From assembly GCF_009914755.1 (NCBI RefSeq), contig NC_060935.1: a DNA stretch of 64,000 bases; one strand, written 5' to 3'. Shown here piece after piece: positions 62,010 through 64,000 of this stretch. The position numbers were made by a program, and so were the translations under genes. Within the stretch, counting starts at the first letter, position 1. Each line of letters opens with the position of its first letter. The notes under the pieces are model-generated. The model made no database searches, was not told the DNA's origin, and saw nothing but the letters and a program-made list of their open reading frames with translations. Source of the stretch: the human T2T-CHM13v2.0 reference genome, Homo sapiens.

Positions 62010-62551
62010 GAGTATTGCTTAATGTTTAAGAACTCAGGATCTGGACTCATACTGACCTTAACTACTATTAATTCTGTGACCTTGGGAAAATCACTTAACC
62101 TCTCTAAGCCTCAGCGTTCTTGTCTGTAGAATGTGGATAACAACAGAAACTATATCATAAAGTGTTGTGGGCATAAAATAAGAACGTGTGAAAAGTGCTT
62201 AGTTCAGTGGATGGGAAGCGGCAAGCATTCAATAAAATGCTAATTATTAACACACGTTTTGAATGGCAAACTCATTAACTCTCCTAAGTAGTGATTTCTT
62301 TCAATTGAATTATATTATACTTCCCTCTGGCTTATAATCTCTATTCATTCTTAATAGGGGTATAATTCAATACCTCTTGCTAATGTGAGGGATGGGATCC
62401 ACTGGATTCTGCAGTTATGCCTTTTATGTAAGGTTTTATGCCTCCCTCTTTAGAGAAGGTATTATTCTTCAGGAATGTTTCTAAATGATCATGAATCATG
62501 CAGCTCAAAGACCTCCACACAGGCCACATGCTCCTTGTTAGAGGAAACTAC
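61442..62551. repeat. Inverted repeat pair B (61442-61631) / B' (62363-62551)
   Basis: gtggatcccatccctcacattagcaagaggtattgaa and tttagaaacattcctgaagaataataccttctctaa each have exact reverse complements in B'. Confidence 0.93.
62010..62250 (+). mobile_element. MIR, near full length
   Basis: tgtgaccttgggaaaatcacttaacctctctaagcctcag core. Confidence 0.85.
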
Positions 62552-63379
62552 TTTGGCTTCTGCCCAGAGTGTTTCCCTCAGGTTTCAGAGTCAAATGCTA
62601 TTGTTTCAGTATTTCTGTGAGACTATTCAATAATCATTATTAAACACCTACTGTGTTCCAGGCACAGTGTTTGGTCCTGAGTCTGTTACACTGAACAAGA
62701 TGAGATCCCTCCTTGCATGGCCTCAGGGCAGGCTCTCCTGGAGCTCCCTGACACCTATGTACCAGCACTTCAACACAAAGATGGTCAACATTGGAGCCTT
62801 CTAAGACCCTGGTCCGGCTCACTGTCAGCCTTGGGCCCAGGCCAGGAGGAAGGCCAGCTGGTTGCAGCAGGTGCAGATGCATTTTCCTGCCCACTGTCCT
62901 GGTGCCCAATTCTCTGGATGCTCATAGTCTCCTTTGGAGGCTCTAGACTCTTTAAAACAATCTTGATAAAAGTAAGTCTTTGTGATTCATTTTTATGAAC
63001 ATTCAATTTTATGAACACTGACTGAGCTCAGGAAGCAAGTGGAATCCACATGTCTGTTAGGGCCTTGGCATGTTCAGCTCCTCTTAAAGTGGTCTGTGCT
63101 TGAGAAGCAAAGACAAAAGTAACTCAGAGTGGCCACCAACAGGAGACATGAGATTTATTTTCATTCTCTTTCTGTAAGCACGTTTTTGATCAGAACTGCT
63201 CCTCTTTGTGTCTCCAGAGAACAGCCTGTGTCTTACTCAGATCCCTTATTAAAATCCTGACATCCCTGGGTCTTATTAAGGTAAGAATTCTTGCTTGCAT
63301 CTATCTCTCTGTGTCTAGATTCTTGTAACATTTTACGTCAGACAGACTTTAAAGAGTGCAAGGAAAATGTATATGTGTT

Positions 63380-63630
63380 TGAGTAACTTCTATGTATCAA
63401 GCACTGAATACAATTATTATTTTACTTAATTCCCAAAGTAAAAGGAAGTGATAGCTTTATTTTATATAGAGAGGTTTATTTTATATAGGAGGAAGCGCTG
63501 GTAGATAGGTGTCAGGGAGCTCCAGGAGATGTAGAGAGGTCAAGCAACTTGCCCAAGATCATAAAGCAAGTGAACAACTGAGTTGGGACTGGAACCTAGG
63601 TCTAACTCCAAAGCTACATTTTCAACTCTA
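63380..63630 (-). mobile_element. MIR
   Basis: agagaggtcaagcaacttgcccaagatcata. Confidence 0.7.
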
Positions 63631-63632
63631 CT

Positions 63633-63808
63633 AGAGTTTCTCAATCTTGGCACATTTGGGGCCAGATAATTTTTTGTTGTTTGTATACCCTATATATTTA
63701 AGGATATTTAGCAGCATCCCTGACTTATACCAACTAGCTGCCAGTAGCACCACCCCCAGTTGTAACAGCCAAAATTTTCTCCAAATATTGTTCCATTAAA
63801 AACTACTA
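63633..63808. mobile_element. MER20 hAT DNA transposon
   Basis: gtttctcaatcttggcac ... agcagcatccctgac ... gccagtagcacc. Confidence 0.8.
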
Positions 63809-64000
63809 ACTAATGCTAGGCTAGGGAAAAATCTAGCAGGTTATCTAAGCTATCTGTTCCAAAAAGTTCCAAAAATGCTGAATTATGTAAGGTGATATGT
63901 TAGGAACTGTGGGGATGCAAACATATATAAAACATTGTACCTTTAAGGAGTTTAATAAAAAGACTTTGGAATCGGGGGAAAGATGTCTAGATTGCCTGTG

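Overview
Repeat-dense primate (human-like) intergenic or intronic DNA. I can support no host protein-coding exon, RNA gene or CRISPR array; every long ORF in the track is retroelement-derived or a translation of TA-rich repeats. Main contents: nested old L1s (1-11.2 kb) interrupted by a ~4.6 kb AT-rich block of minisatellites; MIR/L2/MaLR/DNA-transposon relics; an L1MA-type element with nested Alu and L1 inserts (23-28 kb); a full-length, inactivated L1PA3-like element with a 14-bp TSD (30.2-36.4 kb); and an env-deleted HERV-H/LTR7 provirus (46.4-52.8 kb). Three structures stand out. (1) Two interleaved inverted repeats of apparently non-TE sequence (A-B-A'-B', 60.9-62.55 kb). (2) A HERV-H with mismatched LTRs whose 3' LTR is followed by a second PBS, leader and duplicated U5. 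(3) An Alu plus ~90 bp of its 5' flank copied in inverted orientation into a neighbouring Alu with a TSD. Subfamily names come from recall of consensus motifs, not a database search; boundaries of old repeats are approximate.
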